Below, in pieces: positions 1 through 9,258 of a DNA stretch of 39,039 bases. Within the stretch, counting starts at the first letter, position 1. Each line of letters begins with the position of its first letter. The DNA comes from an uncultured Ruminiclostridium sp. (GTDB taxonomy: Bacteria; Bacillota; Clostridia; DSM-8532): assembly GCA_964586745.1 (NCBI GenBank), contig CAZPIS010000001.1, positions 1 through 39,039 on the forward strand, given 5' to 3'. A program made the position numbers and the translations under genes. Below the pieces are notes generated by a model that ran no database searches, was not told the origin of the DNA, and saw only the letters and a program-made list of their open reading frames with translations.

Positions 1-1706
1 AAGAGCTTGTTGCAAAAGGTATAGAAAAAGAAGTTAAAATAGTAAAAACCGGGTGCTTCGGTCTTTGTGAAAAAGGCCCGATTTTAGTTATTTATCCCGA
101 AGGAGCTACATACTGCCATGTTACACCAAATGATATTGAAGAAATTGTCAGCGAACACTTGGTTAAAGGACGTATTGTAAAGCGCCTTTTATTGGGTGAT
201 AAGGATGCTGAAGATGTAGCAAGATCCTTGGATAATGTAGAATTTTTCTCTCGTCAATTCCGTATAGCACTTCGTAATTGTGGTGTTATAAACCCTGAGG
301 TAATTGATGAATATATTGCAAAAGATGGTTACTCAGCCTTGGCAAAGGCTCTTACTGAAATGACACCTCAACAAGTTATTGAAGAAATAAAAAAGTCAGG
401 TCTTCGCGGACGCGGTGGCGGAGGTTTCTCAACCGGAATGAAATGGCAGTTTGCAGCAAAAGAAGTAAACGATCAAAAGTATGTTTGCTGTAATGCCGAC
501 GAGGGAGACCCGGGAGCATTCATGGATCGTTCAGTACTTGAAGGCGATCCTCACACATTAATTGAAGCAATGGCTATAGCTGGTTATGCAATTGGCTCTA
601 ATCAAGGCTATATTTATGTAAGAGCTGAATACCCCATAGCTGTTCAACGTCTTAATATAGCAATTGGGCAAGCACGTGAATACGGACTTCTCGGTAAGAA
701 TATTTTTGATACTGATTTCTCCTTTGATTTAGAAATTCGCTTGGGTGCCGGAGCATTTGTTTGTGGTGAAGAAACTGCACTGATGACATCCATTGAGGGT
801 CATCGCGGCGAACCAAGAACACGTCCTCCTTTCCCTGCTGTAAAAGGTCTTTGGGAGAGACCGACAATTCTTAATAACGTTGAAACCTATGCAAATATTC
901 CTGTTATTCTCTTAAAGGGAGCGGATTGGTTTAGTGCAATCGGTACAGAAAAGAGTAAGGGAACCAAGGTTTTTGCTGTTGGTGGTAAGATAAATAATAC
1001 AGGTTTGGTTGAAATACCTATGGGAACTACTCTTCGTGAAGTTATTTATGATATAGGCGGAGGTATTCCCAAGGGAAAGAAATTCAAAGCAGCACAGACA
1101 GGCGGTCCTTCCGGTGGGTGTATACCTGCATCACATATTGATGTTCCAATTGACTATGATAACTTAATTGCCTTAGGTTCCATGATGGGTTCCGGTGGTT
1201 TGATTGTTATGGACGAGGACAACTGTATGGTTGATATTGCCAAGTTCTTCTTGGAGTTCACAGTGGATGAATCCTGTGGTAAATGTCCTCCATGTCGTAT
1301 CGGTACTAAACGTATGTATGAAATTCTTGAGCGTATAACAAGCGGCAAGGGTGAAGAGGGAGATATTGAAAAGCTTGAGGTTTTAGCTGAAAGCATTAAG
1401 CAAGGTGCGCTTTGCGGTTTGGGTCAGACAGCTCCAAATCCCGTTCTCAGTACACTCAAGTATTTCCGCGACGAATATGAAGCCCATATCAAGGAAAAGA
1501 GATGTCCTGCCGGTGTCTGTAAGGCGATGCTGAAATATACTATTATTCCTGAAAAGTGTAAGGGTTGTAGCCTATGCTCGAAGAAGTGTCCTGTTAATGC
1601 TATTTCCGGCGAAATTAAGAAACCTTACATTATAGATCAAACCAAATGTATTAAGTGCGGTGTTTGTATGGACACATGTAAATTTGCCGCCATAGAGAAG
1701 AAATAA
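1..1706 (+). CDS. hydB: NuoF/HydB-type NADH- and FMN-binding subunit of a multimeric [FeFe] hydrogenase; the 5' end lies outside the window
   Basis: The reading frame is open from nt 3 (ELVAKGIEKEVKIVKTGCFGLCEKGPIL..., a thioredoxin-like [2Fe-2S] module) and runs into ORF 159..1706, so the TTG at 159 is not the real start. Motifs present: GRGGGGFSTGMKW (FMN), CNADEGDPGAFMDR (NADH), ESCGKCPPCRIGT ([4Fe-4S]) and a C-terminal 2x CxxCxxCxxxCP ferredoxin module. hydA follows directly. Confidence 0.9.
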   Translation, partial: ELVAKGIEKEVKIVKTGCFGLCEKGPILVIYPEGATYCHVTPNDIEEIVSEHLVKGRIVKRLLLGDKDAEDVARSLDNVEFFSRQFRIALRNCGVINPEVIDEYIAKDGYSALAKALTEMTPQQVIEEIKKSGLRGRGGGGFSTGMKWQFAAKEVNDQKYVCCNADEGDPGAFMDRSVLEGDPHTLIEAMAIAGYAIGSNQGYIYVRAEYPIAVQRLNIAIGQAREYGLLGKNIFDTDFSFDLEIRLGAGAFVCGEETALMTSIEGHRGEPRTRPPFPAVKGLWERPTILNNVETYANIPVILLKGADWFSAIGTEKSKGTKVFAVGGKINNTGLVEIPMGTTLREVIYDIGGGIPKGKKFKAAQTGGPSGGCIPASHIDVPIDYDNLIALGSMMGSGGLIVMDEDNCMVDIAKFFLEFTVDESCGKCPPCRIGTKRMYEILERITSGKGEEGDIEKLEVLAESIKQGALCGLGQTAPNPVLSTLKYFRDEYEAHIKEKRCPAGVCKAMLKYTIIPEKCKGCSLCSKKCPVNAISGEIKKPYIIDQTKCIKCGVCMDTCKFAAIEKK

Positions 1707-1724
1707 GAGGGGAGAGTGAATAAT

Positions 1725-3479
1725 ATGTCTGAATTTGTTACCTTGACAATAGACGGTAGAGAAGTTAAGGCACCGGTTGGATCAACCGTGCTGGAGGCTG
1801 CAAAGAGTGCCGGAATCAATATACCCACCCTCTGCTACCTCAAAGATATAAATGAGATAGGCGCATGCCGTATGTGTATAGTTGATGTCGGCGCAAGAAG
1901 TTTTCAGGCTGCCTGTATGTACCCTGTCTCCGAAGGACTAAAGGTTACCACAACAAGTCCGAAAATTCGTGAGACCCGCAGAGTTACTCTTGAGCTTATT
2001 CTTTCATCTCATGAAAAAAAATGTCTTACTTGTGTAAGAAATAGAAACTGCGAACTTAAGAAGCTGGCTGCGGATTTCAACATCAAGGATATTCGTTTTG
2101 AAGGTGCATTACAAAGCTATCCAATAGATGATTTGTCGCCCTCTATAGTTCGTGACCCCAATAAGTGTATACTATGTCGTCGTTGTGTCAGCGTATGTAA
2201 GAATGTACAAACCGTTTCGGCCATTGAAACCATTGATAGAGGTTATAATACAATAGTTGCATCTCCTTTCCATATGCCGTTAAAAGATACTCCGTGTGTA
2301 AACTGCGGTCAATGTATCACCGCTTGTCCGGTTGGTGCTCTTCGCGAAAAGAGTTCTATCGATCAAGTTTGGGAAGCGCTTAGCAACAAAGATCTTCATG
2401 TTGTGGCTCAAACTGCTCCTGCTGTGCGTGCCGGTATAGGAGAAGAATTCGGATATCCGATTGGTACACCAGTTACCGGTAAAATGGCAGCGGCAATAAA
2501 GAGATTAGGGTTTGCAAAAGTTTTTGATACCGATACAGCCGCAGACCTTACAATTATGGAAGAGGGAACCGAGTTAGTAGACAGAATAAAGAACAACGGT
2601 AAGCTTCCGCTTATTACATCTTGTAGTCCCGGATGGATAAAATTTTGCGAACACAATTATCCTGATATGCTTGATAATCTATCTTCATGTAAATCTCCTC
2701 AGAATATGTTCGGTGCGGTTTTAAAGTCATACTATGCTGAGAAGATGGGCATTGATCCTTCAAAGATATTTGTTGTTTCAATTATGCCTTGTACCGCTAA
2801 GAAGTATGAAGCAGAAAGACCCGAACTGGCTTCAACAGGATATCCTGATATCGATGAGGTTCTTACCACCCGTGAAATTGCCGAAATGATTATGGAGGCG
2901 GGTATAGATTTTAGAAACCTCGATGATGAAGAGTTTGATGATCCTATGGGTGAAGCAACAGGCGCAGGTGTTATTTTCGGTGCCACAGGCGGTGTTATGG
3001 AAGCAGCTCTAAGAAGCGTACCCTTCCTGCTCACAGGTAAGGATGATGATAATGTTGATATAAACGTTGTTCGTGGTGTTGAAGGTATTAAAGAGGCAGA
3101 AGTGGAAATTGCCGGCTTGAAAATAAAGGCAGCTGTTGCCCATGGTCTTGGAAATGCAAGAAAGCTAATCGATAAGGTTAGAGCCGGTGAAGCGAATTAT
3201 CACTTTATTGAGATTATGGCATGCCCCGGTGGTTGCGTTTGCGGAGGCGGACAACCTATACAGCCTGCTTCTGTTCGTAACGCAATTGATCTTAAGGCTG
3301 AGCGTGCAAAAGCTCTTTACCAGGAAGATCAAAACCTTACATTGAGAAGATCTCATCAAAATCCCAGAGTTCTTAAGATGTATGAGGATTATTTTGAGAC
3401 ACCCGGTGGACACAAAGCCCATGATCTCCTACACACACATTATGTAGCCCGTGAGAATTATCCTGAGCATGATGATTGA
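1725..3479 (+). CDS. hydA: [FeFe] hydrogenase catalytic subunit (H-cluster protein with N-terminal [2Fe-2S], His-ligated [4Fe-4S] and 2x[4Fe-4S] F-domains)
   Basis: The ATG at 1725 lies 10 nt after the RBS GAGGGGAG (1707-1714); the GTG at 1716 in the ORF track is too close to the RBS. F-domain motifs: CYLKDINEIGACRMC, HEKKCLTCVRNRNC, CILCRRCVSVC and CVNCGQCITACP. H-cluster motifs: TSCSPGW (variant L1), MPCTAKKYE (L2) and EIMACPGGCVCGGGQP (L3). Confidence 0.92.
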   Translation: MSEFVTLTIDGREVKAPVGSTVLEAAKSAGINIPTLCYLKDINEIGACRMCIVDVGARSFQAACMYPVSEGLKVTTTSPKIRETRRVTLELILSSHEKKCLTCVRNRNCELKKLAADFNIKDIRFEGALQSYPIDDLSPSIVRDPNKCILCRRCVSVCKNVQTVSAIETIDRGYNTIVASPFHMPLKDTPCVNCGQCITACPVGALREKSSIDQVWEALSNKDLHVVAQTAPAVRAGIGEEFGYPIGTPVTGKMAAAIKRLGFAKVFDTDTAADLTIMEEGTELVDRIKNNGKLPLITSCSPGWIKFCEHNYPDMLDNLSSCKSPQNMFGAVLKSYYAEKMGIDPSKIFVVSIMPCTAKKYEAERPELASTGYPDIDEVLTTREIAEMIMEAGIDFRNLDDEEFDDPMGEATGAGVIFGATGGVMEAALRSVPFLLTGKDDDNVDINVVRGVEGIKEAEVEIAGLKIKAAVAHGLGNARKLIDKVRAGEANYHFIEIMACPGGCVCGGGQPIQPASVRNAIDLKAERAKALYQEDQNLTLRRSHQNPRVLKMYEDYFETPGGHKAHDLLHTHYVARENYPEHDD

Positions 3480-3523
3480 TGTATAATTCTCTAAAGGATA
3501 AGAAGAATCATTAATAAACAATC

Positions 3524-3554
3524 AGCCACTTGGGAAACCGAGTGGCTTGTTTTT
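3524..3554 (+). terminator. Rho-independent terminator of the hydrogenase operon
   Basis: A 10-bp stem AGCCACTTGG / CCGAGTGGCT (one G-U pair) closes a GAAA tetraloop and is followed by TGTTTTT. Confidence 0.8.
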
Positions 3555-3631
3555 AAATGTGGGATGATATAAACTGTATGGAGATTATTTAGCGGTATGA
3601 CATAGGCTAAGTTTTTTTTGGAGGACATGAC

Positions 3632-4555
3632 ATGAAACTTGACATCGTACTGCAACAAGTGATAGTACTTTTTATTATTCTCGCAATAGGTTATGTTGCC
3701 GGCAAATTTAAAATTCTGGATTCAAACGGAACAAAAAAACTCTCTGAGGTGCTTCTTTTTATTGCGGCACCTATGATGGTTTTGAACTCATTCTTTATTG
3801 AGTTTTCTAAGGAGCGTCTTGTAAATATAATTTGGATATTGGGGTTCGCAATGTTTACGTTTATATTTTCCATTATATTATCTAAGTATATATACGGAAA
3901 ATTTAATGAAAATACAGCACCGGTACTTAAATTTAGTGCTATTTTCTCAAATTGTGGGTACATGGGATTGCCTCTTATGAAAGCGGTTTTTGGTGATGAT
4001 GGTGCTTTTTATGGATCATTCTATATTGTAATGTTTCAAGTATTTCTCTGGAGTTATGGATACATGATGTTTGGATCAAAAAACACAAATGCCGGAATGC
4101 TAAAAAGAGTGTTGCGTAATCCATCAATTATTGCTGTATGTATTGGGACCATAGTGTTCCTTTTCAGTACTCCGATTCCTGCAAGTATCAAAGGTGCAAT
4201 AAAAGCTGTAGGAGATATGACGATGCCTTTATCAATGCTGATAGTAGGGGGAGTAATCAGTACTGCGAGATTATGGTCTCTTTTCAATGATTGGAAGGTG
4301 TACCTTTCTTCCTTTATAAGATTAATTCTTATGCCAGTGTTAGCTTTTCTGATATCAATATTAATAGGAGTACCGTCTTTACCAGCGGCAATTACTGTTA
4401 CGGCACTGACTATGCCGGTCGCAACAAACGCAACAATTTTTTCCGAAATGTTTGGTAAGGATGCTGTTTTTGCATCAAAATGTGTCGCGGTCTCAAGCCT
4501 ATTATCTATTATTACTGCCCCCGTGATAATTAGTTGGGTTGCATTTTATATATAA
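3632..4555 (+). CDS. AEC (auxin efflux carrier / malate-permease-like) family membrane transporter
   Basis: A 307-aa polytopic membrane protein with about 10 hydrophobic segments. Its length and two-halves architecture are typical of the AEC family. A GGAGG RBS lies 7 nt upstream of the ATG. Confidence 0.7.
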   Translation: MKLDIVLQQVIVLFIILAIGYVAGKFKILDSNGTKKLSEVLLFIAAPMMVLNSFFIEFSKERLVNIIWILGFAMFTFIFSIILSKYIYGKFNENTAPVLKFSAIFSNCGYMGLPLMKAVFGDDGAFYGSFYIVMFQVFLWSYGYMMFGSKNTNAGMLKRVLRNPSIIAVCIGTIVFLFSTPIPASIKGAIKAVGDMTMPLSMLIVGGVISTARLWSLFNDWKVYLSSFIRLILMPVLAFLISILIGVPSLPAAITVTALTMPVATNATIFSEMFGKDAVFASKCVAVSSLLSIITAPVIISWVAFYI

Positions 4556-4594
4556 AATTAATAAATGTTTAAGAAATAATGTATATATTCGTAG

Positions 4595-4622
4595 TTGAAT
4601 ATGAGTGTTTAGATGATATAAT
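4595..4622 (+). promoter_or_regulatory. Putative sigma-A promoter of asnS
   Basis: TTGAAT (4595-4600), a 16-nt spacer, then a perfect TATAAT (4617-4622), about 50 nt upstream of the asnS start. Confidence 0.5.
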
Positions 4623-4671
4623 GAATTGATATCAAGGGATTTAGCAATATTATTAATGGAGTTGATTTTAA

Positions 4672-6063
4672 GTGCAAAGAATCGAGATTAGAAAGCTGAA
4701 CCAAACCCATAAAGACTTGTCAGGCAAGGAAGTTTTAGTTTGTGGCTGGATACGTAACATAAGAGATACGAAAACCTTTGGGTTCATTGAAATTAATGAC
4801 GGATCGTTTTTTAAGAATCTTCAGGTGGTTTTTGATGATAGCCTTGATAATTTTGCAGAGATTGCAAAGCTCAATATAGGAAGCGCAATAAAAGTAACCG
4901 GGCATGTTGTAGAAACTCCTCAGGCAAAGCAGCCTTATGAAATAAAAGCTACAGCTGTAGAGATAGAGGGAGCTTCAAATTCCGAATATCCATTACAGAA
5001 AAAAAGACACACCTTCGAATATTTAAGAACTATTGCACATCTTCGTCCAAGAACTAATACTTTTTCGGCAGTGTTCAAGGTACGCTCGGTTTTGGCCTAC
5101 GCTATACATCGCTTTTTCCAGGACAGGGGATTTGTTTATGTTCATACCCCTATTATTACCTCCAGTGATTGTGAAGGCGCGGGGGAGATGTTTCAGGTTA
5201 CTACAATGGATTTAAATAATCCTCCCAGAAACGATGGTGGCCAGATAGATTATAGCCAGGATTTCTTCGGAAAGTATACAGCACTAACAGTAAGCGGCCA
5301 ACTTGCGGTAGAACCTTATGCTATGGCTTTCGGCAAAGTTTATACTTTCGGGCCGACATTTCGCGCCGAGAATAGTAATACAACACGTCATGCTGCCGAG
5401 TTCTGGATGATTGAGCCGGAGATAGCATTTGCCGACCTTAATGATGATATGAAGCTTGCTGAAGATATGATTAAATATATAATTAGCTATGTAATGGAAA
5501 ATGCAAAAGAAGAGATGGATTTCTTTAACGAATTCGTTGATAAAGGTCTCTATAAAAGGCTTAACAGCATTCTGAATTCAGATTTCGGATGTATTACCTA
5601 TACTGAAGCAATAGAATTGATTTTAAAAAGCGATCATGAGTTCCAATACCCGGTAAAATGGGGATCAGATCTTCAGACAGAGCATGAGCGCTATTTAACT
5701 GAACAGATTATGAAAAAGCCTATGTTTGTCATCAACTATCCAAAAGAAATCAAGGCTTTCTACATGAAGGTAAATGATGATAATAAAACAGTTGCAGCTA
5801 TGGATCTTTTAGTGCCCGGTGTCGGTGAAATAATAGGCGGAAGTCAAAGGGAAGAACGACTTGATGTGTTGGAAAAGCGCATGGAAGACATGAATCTGGA
5901 TAAAGAAGAGTATGGGTGGTATTTGGATACCAGACGCTTTGGCGGCACTAAACATGCCGGATTCGGGCTTGGTTTCGAACGCATTCTTATGTACATGACC
6001 GGCATGCAGAATATCAGAGATGTACTATCCTATCCGCGAACAGTGAAAAATGCTGAATTCTAG
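4672..6063 (+). CDS. asnS: Asparagine--tRNA ligase (class IIb aaRS)
   Basis: 463 aa with an N-terminal OB anticodon-binding domain ([23 protein letters not shown]). Class II motifs are present: [21 protein letters not shown] and [12 protein letters not shown]. The start is GTG and no in-frame ATG is available. Confidence 0.93.
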   Translation: MQRIEIRKLNQTHKDLSGKEVLVCGWIRNIRDTKTFGFIEINDGSFFKNLQVVFDDSLDNFAEIAKLNIGSAIKVTGHVVETPQAKQPYEIKATAVEIEGASNSEYPLQKKRHTFEYLRTIAHLRPRTNTFSAVFKVRSVLAYAIHRFFQDRGFVYVHTPIITSSDCEGAGEMFQVTTMDLNNPPRNDGGQIDYSQDFFGKYTALTVSGQLAVEPYAMAFGKVYTFGPTFRAENSNTTRHAAEFWMIEPEIAFADLNDDMKLAEDMIKYIISYVMENAKEEMDFFNEFVDKGLYKRLNSILNSDFGCITYTEAIELILKSDHEFQYPVKWGSDLQTEHERYLTEQIMKKPMFVINYPKEIKAFYMKVNDDNKTVAAMDLLVPGVGEIIGGSQREERLDVLEKRMEDMNLDKEEYGWYLDTRRFGGTKHAGFGLGFERILMYMTGMQNIRDVLSYPRTVKNAEF

Positions 6064-6094
6064 ATAAATTTAGTATCATATTTGAAACTATATA

Positions 6095-7555
6095 CTATAA
6101 TATCAAGATTCCAAGGCTAACTGCAGCAGATATCAAAAGAAGCAATATATCATGGAGGCGGAATCTTTTATGCAAAAAATTAATGTCATATATAAGAATA
6201 ATAATTGCCGGTAACGATATTAAGCCCGGAATTCCTTTAGCTTCTGTTATTTTCATGCTTTCATACAGCATTGCTCCCGATGTGGAAAGGAGCATTCCAC
6301 AAATCACCGGAAGTATATACTTTTTTAGATTGGATATAAATTCCAATTGCTTAACACTTTCATAAAGACTCATAACCAGTACTGCGATAGAGCTGCAAGC
6401 ACCTATAGCTATTGCGCTTGATGCAGTTGCAAGTGCCCATCCCGCAGATGCACCGGCAATCTCTTCACCAAAATGATATCCTAAACCTGCGGCTATCTTA
6501 ACTAATATTGGACCCGGCAGAGAGTTAGCAACAGGCACAAGCCTTGTGTAGAAATAATCGGGCTCAACAAAGCCTCCTTGTACGAATATCCCGTCAGCAA
6601 CCGATACATATGCTTCACCACCACCAAAAGAAGTAACAGTGGAGGAGGCTACATTAGCTAAGAAACCAAAAATGCTTTTTTCTGATGACATAAAGAATAA
6701 ATAATTAGCTAAAACACCAAAAACAATCGGTATAACTAAAAAGAGTAAGATAATTGCAATAGTAGACTTACTTATGGCAATATTACTTTTATGCTTAATT
6801 TTTTTCGGTCTCAAGAAAAACAATAAAACAACAGATACTATCATAGCAATCAGAAAAATACTCTTATAGCCTGCAAGCCCCAGTAGCTTACCTGTTTTTC
6901 CCACTGAAAAAGCATATAGAAGGCATACTCCCAAAGCTATATAAAGTTCTTTGCGGGCTTTTAATTTTTCCAAAATAAGAATAATAAAAAAGGCCAATAT
7001 AATAAGATCAATGGTGGATATATCAAAAAGAGGTGTTCCCAGTACGTGAATATCAAGATTAAATAGTTGATTAATAACCTCTCTGATTTCTTTTCCCCCG
7101 GTTAAGGCAAATGCGGCAAAACAAAGAACTAAATTTATTTTTCTGTTACCAGTAGTCCAAATTGTTTTAATAACATATTTTATAAGTAAAAACACTATGA
7201 AGGCAGTAATACCCACCGATGCATAGTTAAAGTAATTAATTACACCTTCGCCGAGAAGTGAGAACATAGCCATGAAAGCCACTGTAAACAGTATCCCCGG
7301 AAGAGCCATTCCATAAGCTCCTGCAAGAGCTCCGCCTATACTATTCAACTGATATCCGCAAGTTGCTCCCAACTTTACAGGCAGTGCCCCGGGGGTTATA
7401 TTTGCTACGACCGTATGTTTAATATAATCAGCATCGGACATTGCTTTTTGATTCTGTACCAGTTCTTTTTCAACTACAGGAATTAAAGCACTTCCTCCGC
7501 CGAATCCAATGGTCCCTAATTTTAAAAATGATAAAAAAGTCTTTAGAATACTCAT
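6095..7555 (-). CDS. chrA: Chromate ion transporter (CHR) family protein, two-domain long form
   Basis: The N-terminus LKLGTIGFGGGSALIPVVEKELV is typical of CHR domains, and a second CHR-like half is present (SFGGGEAYVSVADGIFV). The protein is highly hydrophobic throughout. The ATG at 7555 is preferred over the adjacent GTG at 7558. Confidence 0.82.
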   Translation of the reverse strand: MSILKTFLSFLKLGTIGFGGGSALIPVVEKELVQNQKAMSDADYIKHTVVANITPGALPVKLGATCGYQLNSIGGALAGAYGMALPGILFTVAFMAMFSLLGEGVINYFNYASVGITAFIVFLLIKYVIKTIWTTGNRKINLVLCFAAFALTGGKEIREVINQLFNLDIHVLGTPLFDISTIDLIILAFFIILILEKLKARKELYIALGVCLLYAFSVGKTGKLLGLAGYKSIFLIAMIVSVVLLFFLRPKKIKHKSNIAISKSTIAIILLFLVIPIVFGVLANYLFFMSSEKSIFGFLANVASSTVTSFGGGEAYVSVADGIFVQGGFVEPDYFYTRLVPVANSLPGPILVKIAAGLGYHFGEEIAGASAGWALATASSAIAIGACSSIAVLVMSLYESVKQLEFISNLKKYILPVICGMLLSTSGAMLYESMKITEAKGIPGLISLPAIIILIYDINFLHKRFRLHDILLLLISAAVSLGILIL

Positions 7556-7759
7556 CACAGCATGTTACCCCGCTTTGTAGTAGATTAAATAATAATCCTG
7601 AGAGCCGGCTTTGGTATAATATGTCAGTATACTTACCTTATTAAAGTAAAATCTATTAATACCTTCATTAATTCAGCTAATCCTTTTCAGATTATAAAAT
7701 ATCCTTATCTAAGCTATATTTTAACATAAAGGAAGTGTAGTATTCTAACCAGTTTAAGG

Positions 7760-7769
7760 CAAACGTTTG
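7760..7769. promoter_or_regulatory. Palindromic LacI-type operator candidate (CAAACGTTTG) upstream of the PFK paralog
   Basis: A perfect 10-bp palindrome lies 6 nt upstream of a candidate -35 box. The same core recurs at 18122-18133. Confidence 0.5.
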
Positions 7770-7775
7770 TGTAAT

Positions 7776-7805
7776 TTGCATTAAATAAACATTCAAATAT
7801 ATGAT
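7776..7805 (+). promoter_or_regulatory. Putative sigma-A promoter of the PFK paralog
   Basis: TTGCAT (7776-7781), an 18-nt spacer, then TATGAT (7800-7805). Confidence 0.4.
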
Positions 7806-7904
7806 ACTATTAACTTATAATTAATAAAAATGAGGCTTTTGCATATGAAAATAAAGATTATTATTGACGACATCATCATGAATACTTGGAAGGGATGTTA
7901 ACGT

Positions 7905-9062
7905 ATGGGATCAAATGTTCTGGTAGTACATGGAGGCGCCCCTACAGCTGTTATTAACTCATCGTTGTACGGCGTTGTTGCAGAAGCCAAGAAGTATAGC
8001 AATATCGATAAAGTATACGCTGCTATAGGAGGCTCAAAAGGTATTCTCGACGGGAATTTTATTGATTTAAAAAGTATAGATGAAAATAGGCTGGAGCTTC
8101 TTATGCAAACTCCCGCATCAGCTATTGGAACTTCCAGATACGAATTAAAGCAATCTGACTATGAGCAAATGGCTGAGATTATCAAATGTAAAAATATTAA
8201 GTATGTGTTATTCAACGGTGGAAACGGTTCAATGGATACATGCGGTAAGATATATCACGCCCTGGGTGACAGCGATATAAATGTAGTAGGTATTCCTAAG
8301 ACAATAGACAATGACATTTCGATAACCGATCATGCTCCCGGTTTTGGCAGTGCAGCACGCTATATCGCTGAGACAGTTAATGAGGTTGCACAGGATGTTA
8401 AGGCGCTTCCGATTCATGTTTGTATTATTGAAGCCTTAGGAAGAAATGCGGGCTGGATAACTGCTGCTTCAGCGTTGGCAAGAAAAAAAGAAGGGGATGC
8501 TCCTCACCTTATTTATTTACCTGAGCGCCCCTTTGATGAAGAAGATTTTCTTGCAGATGTAAAAAGGCTATATGACCAGCTTGGCGGAGTTGTAGTCGTT
8601 GTAAGTGAAGGGCTTAAAAATAAAGAGGGAAAGCCCATTGTGCCCCCTATTTTTCAGGTTGGAAGATCCGTTTATTACGGAGATGTAAGCTCTCATCTTT
8701 CAAATCTTGTTATTAAACATCTAGGTATAAAGGCTAGAAGCGAAAAACCCGGGATTTGCGGGCGTGCTTCCATTGCATTCCAATCCCCGGTGGACAGGGA
8801 TGAAGCGGTACTGGCCGGAAGAACAGCTATGAGAGCCGCATATGAAGGCAACACCGGTGTAATGGTAGGCTTTGAGCGTGTTCCGGGAGAAGAATATAGG
8901 ATAAAGACAGTATTGATTCCGATAAGCGAGGTAATGCTTCACGAGAAAATAATGCCGGGAAACTTTATCAGTGAACGTGGAAATGATGTAACACATGAAT
9001 TTTTGGATTGGTGTAAGCCTCTTTTAGGCTTAGATTTAAAAGAATTTGTAAGTTTTTTATAG
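7905..9062 (+). CDS. PfkA-family phosphofructokinase paralog (phosphoryl donor and sugar specificity uncertain)
   Basis: 385 aa. Motifs: VVHGGAPTAVINSSLYG, NGGNGSMDT (a GGDGS-type motif with Asn replacing Asp), GIPKTIDNDI and EALGRNAGW. A GGAAGGGA RBS lies upstream. Confidence 0.88.
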   Translation: MGSNVLVVHGGAPTAVINSSLYGVVAEAKKYSNIDKVYAAIGGSKGILDGNFIDLKSIDENRLELLMQTPASAIGTSRYELKQSDYEQMAEIIKCKNIKYVLFNGGNGSMDTCGKIYHALGDSDINVVGIPKTIDNDISITDHAPGFGSAARYIAETVNEVAQDVKALPIHVCIIEALGRNAGWITAASALARKKEGDAPHLIYLPERPFDEEDFLADVKRLYDQLGGVVVVVSEGLKNKEGKPIVPPIFQVGRSVYYGDVSSHLSNLVIKHLGIKARSEKPGICGRASIAFQSPVDRDEAVLAGRTAMRAAYEGNTGVMVGFERVPGEEYRIKTVLIPISEVMLHEKIMPGNFISERGNDVTHEFLDWCKPLLGLDLKEFVSFL

Positions 9063-9258
9063 CTTAGTGAAGGATGAACCCGCATCTCGTCAGACGGCGA
9101 AAAAACTGTTTTGATATACACAATTTAATATTTGATTATGCAATCGTAACTAAGCGGCACTGTATGCTACAACCGCTGAACTTGTATAATTCAATTACTA
9201 TAGATTGTGTTTCCATAGTCTGTCGCTTTTAAAACTGAGAAAGATTCAGGGTAAATAA

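Noticed and set aside
7755-7775. The possibility that the CAAACGTTTG and GCAAACGTTTGC palindromes are CcpA cre sites.
   Set aside because: When aligned on the central CG, the outer positions do not fit the cre consensus TGWAANCGNTNWCA (G, C, G, T and G occupy the T1, W3, W12, C13 and A14 positions). They are treated as operators of a dedicated LacI-family regulator instead.
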